Assembly: GCA_043745805.1 (NCBI GenBank)
Contig: JAYTSD010000018.1
Location: forward strand, 1-17,146
DNA: 17,146 bases
DNA from: Fibrobacteria bacterium
Lineage (GTDB): Bacteria; Fibrobacterota; Fibrobacteria; UBA11236
Reading direction: 5' to 3'
Each line of letters opens with the position of its first letter. Positions within the stretch are counted from its first letter, which is position 1. Below, piece after piece: positions 16,764-17,146 of the stretch. Under the pieces are notes generated by a model. The model was not told where the DNA came from. It searched no databases and saw only the letters and a list, made by a program, of their open reading frames with translations. The translations under genes and the position numbers were made by a program.

Positions 16764-17146
16764 GATTCTCCAGGAATTTTTATCAGTTCAATTTAATCCA
16801 ATTTACTTCAAAAAGGGGTGTTTAGGGTGATGTAAATAAACATGTATTTAGAAATGATGGTACAAGGATCATGTTTAGCGCCTTCATTTCCAGGAAGTTG
16901 TGACTTTAGATAGTTGGCGATTGCTTAGCAATTTTATTGAAGTACGGGGTAGCGAAATTCACCCAAAGTGGATTTAGACCATAAACAGTCGAAAGTTAAA
17001 CTTTTCAAAGATCTGTATTATTTTGGTAAATGATGGGGATATTTCTGAAGTTGCTCTCCAAAAACATTGTTTTTATTCCTCAAGAGTTGGAAGATGGAAC
17101 AGATCAATTGCCATTGAAATATTCATTAACTGATTTTGAAGGAAAT

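Noticed and set aside
17030-17146. Open frame MMGIFLKLLSKNIVFIPQELEDG... running off the right edge
   Set aside because: Only 39 codons are visible, with no clear RBS or motif. It cannot be supported without downstream sequence.

Overview
A 17 kb bacterial chromosomal window, almost all on the minus strand. The lineage is tentatively Fibrobacterota/FCB-like, inferred only from protein styles. From the left it holds: the 3' end and right inverted repeat of an IS3-family element that truncates a small HNH-type nuclease gene; a ~220 bp structured palindromic intergenic element; a ClpB chaperone with no N-terminal Clp domain; and a stand-alone nuoJKLMN complex I membrane-arm operon. Next is a six-gene envelope operon encoding two outer-membrane beta-barrels, a dihaem HzsA-like (hydrazine synthase alpha-like) lipoprotein, a TlpA thioredoxin, a DUF4266 CGC-tailed lipoprotein and a DUF3570 beta-barrel. 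It ends with a divergent DUF3332 lipoprotein and a secreted Kelch/Ig-like protein. The envelope operon is the best candidate for an undescribed system: a possible haem/thiol outer-membrane redox module lacking the ApbE flavin transferase that usually accompanies DUF3570/DUF4266/TlpA. All family calls come from motif recognition by eye; no searches were run.
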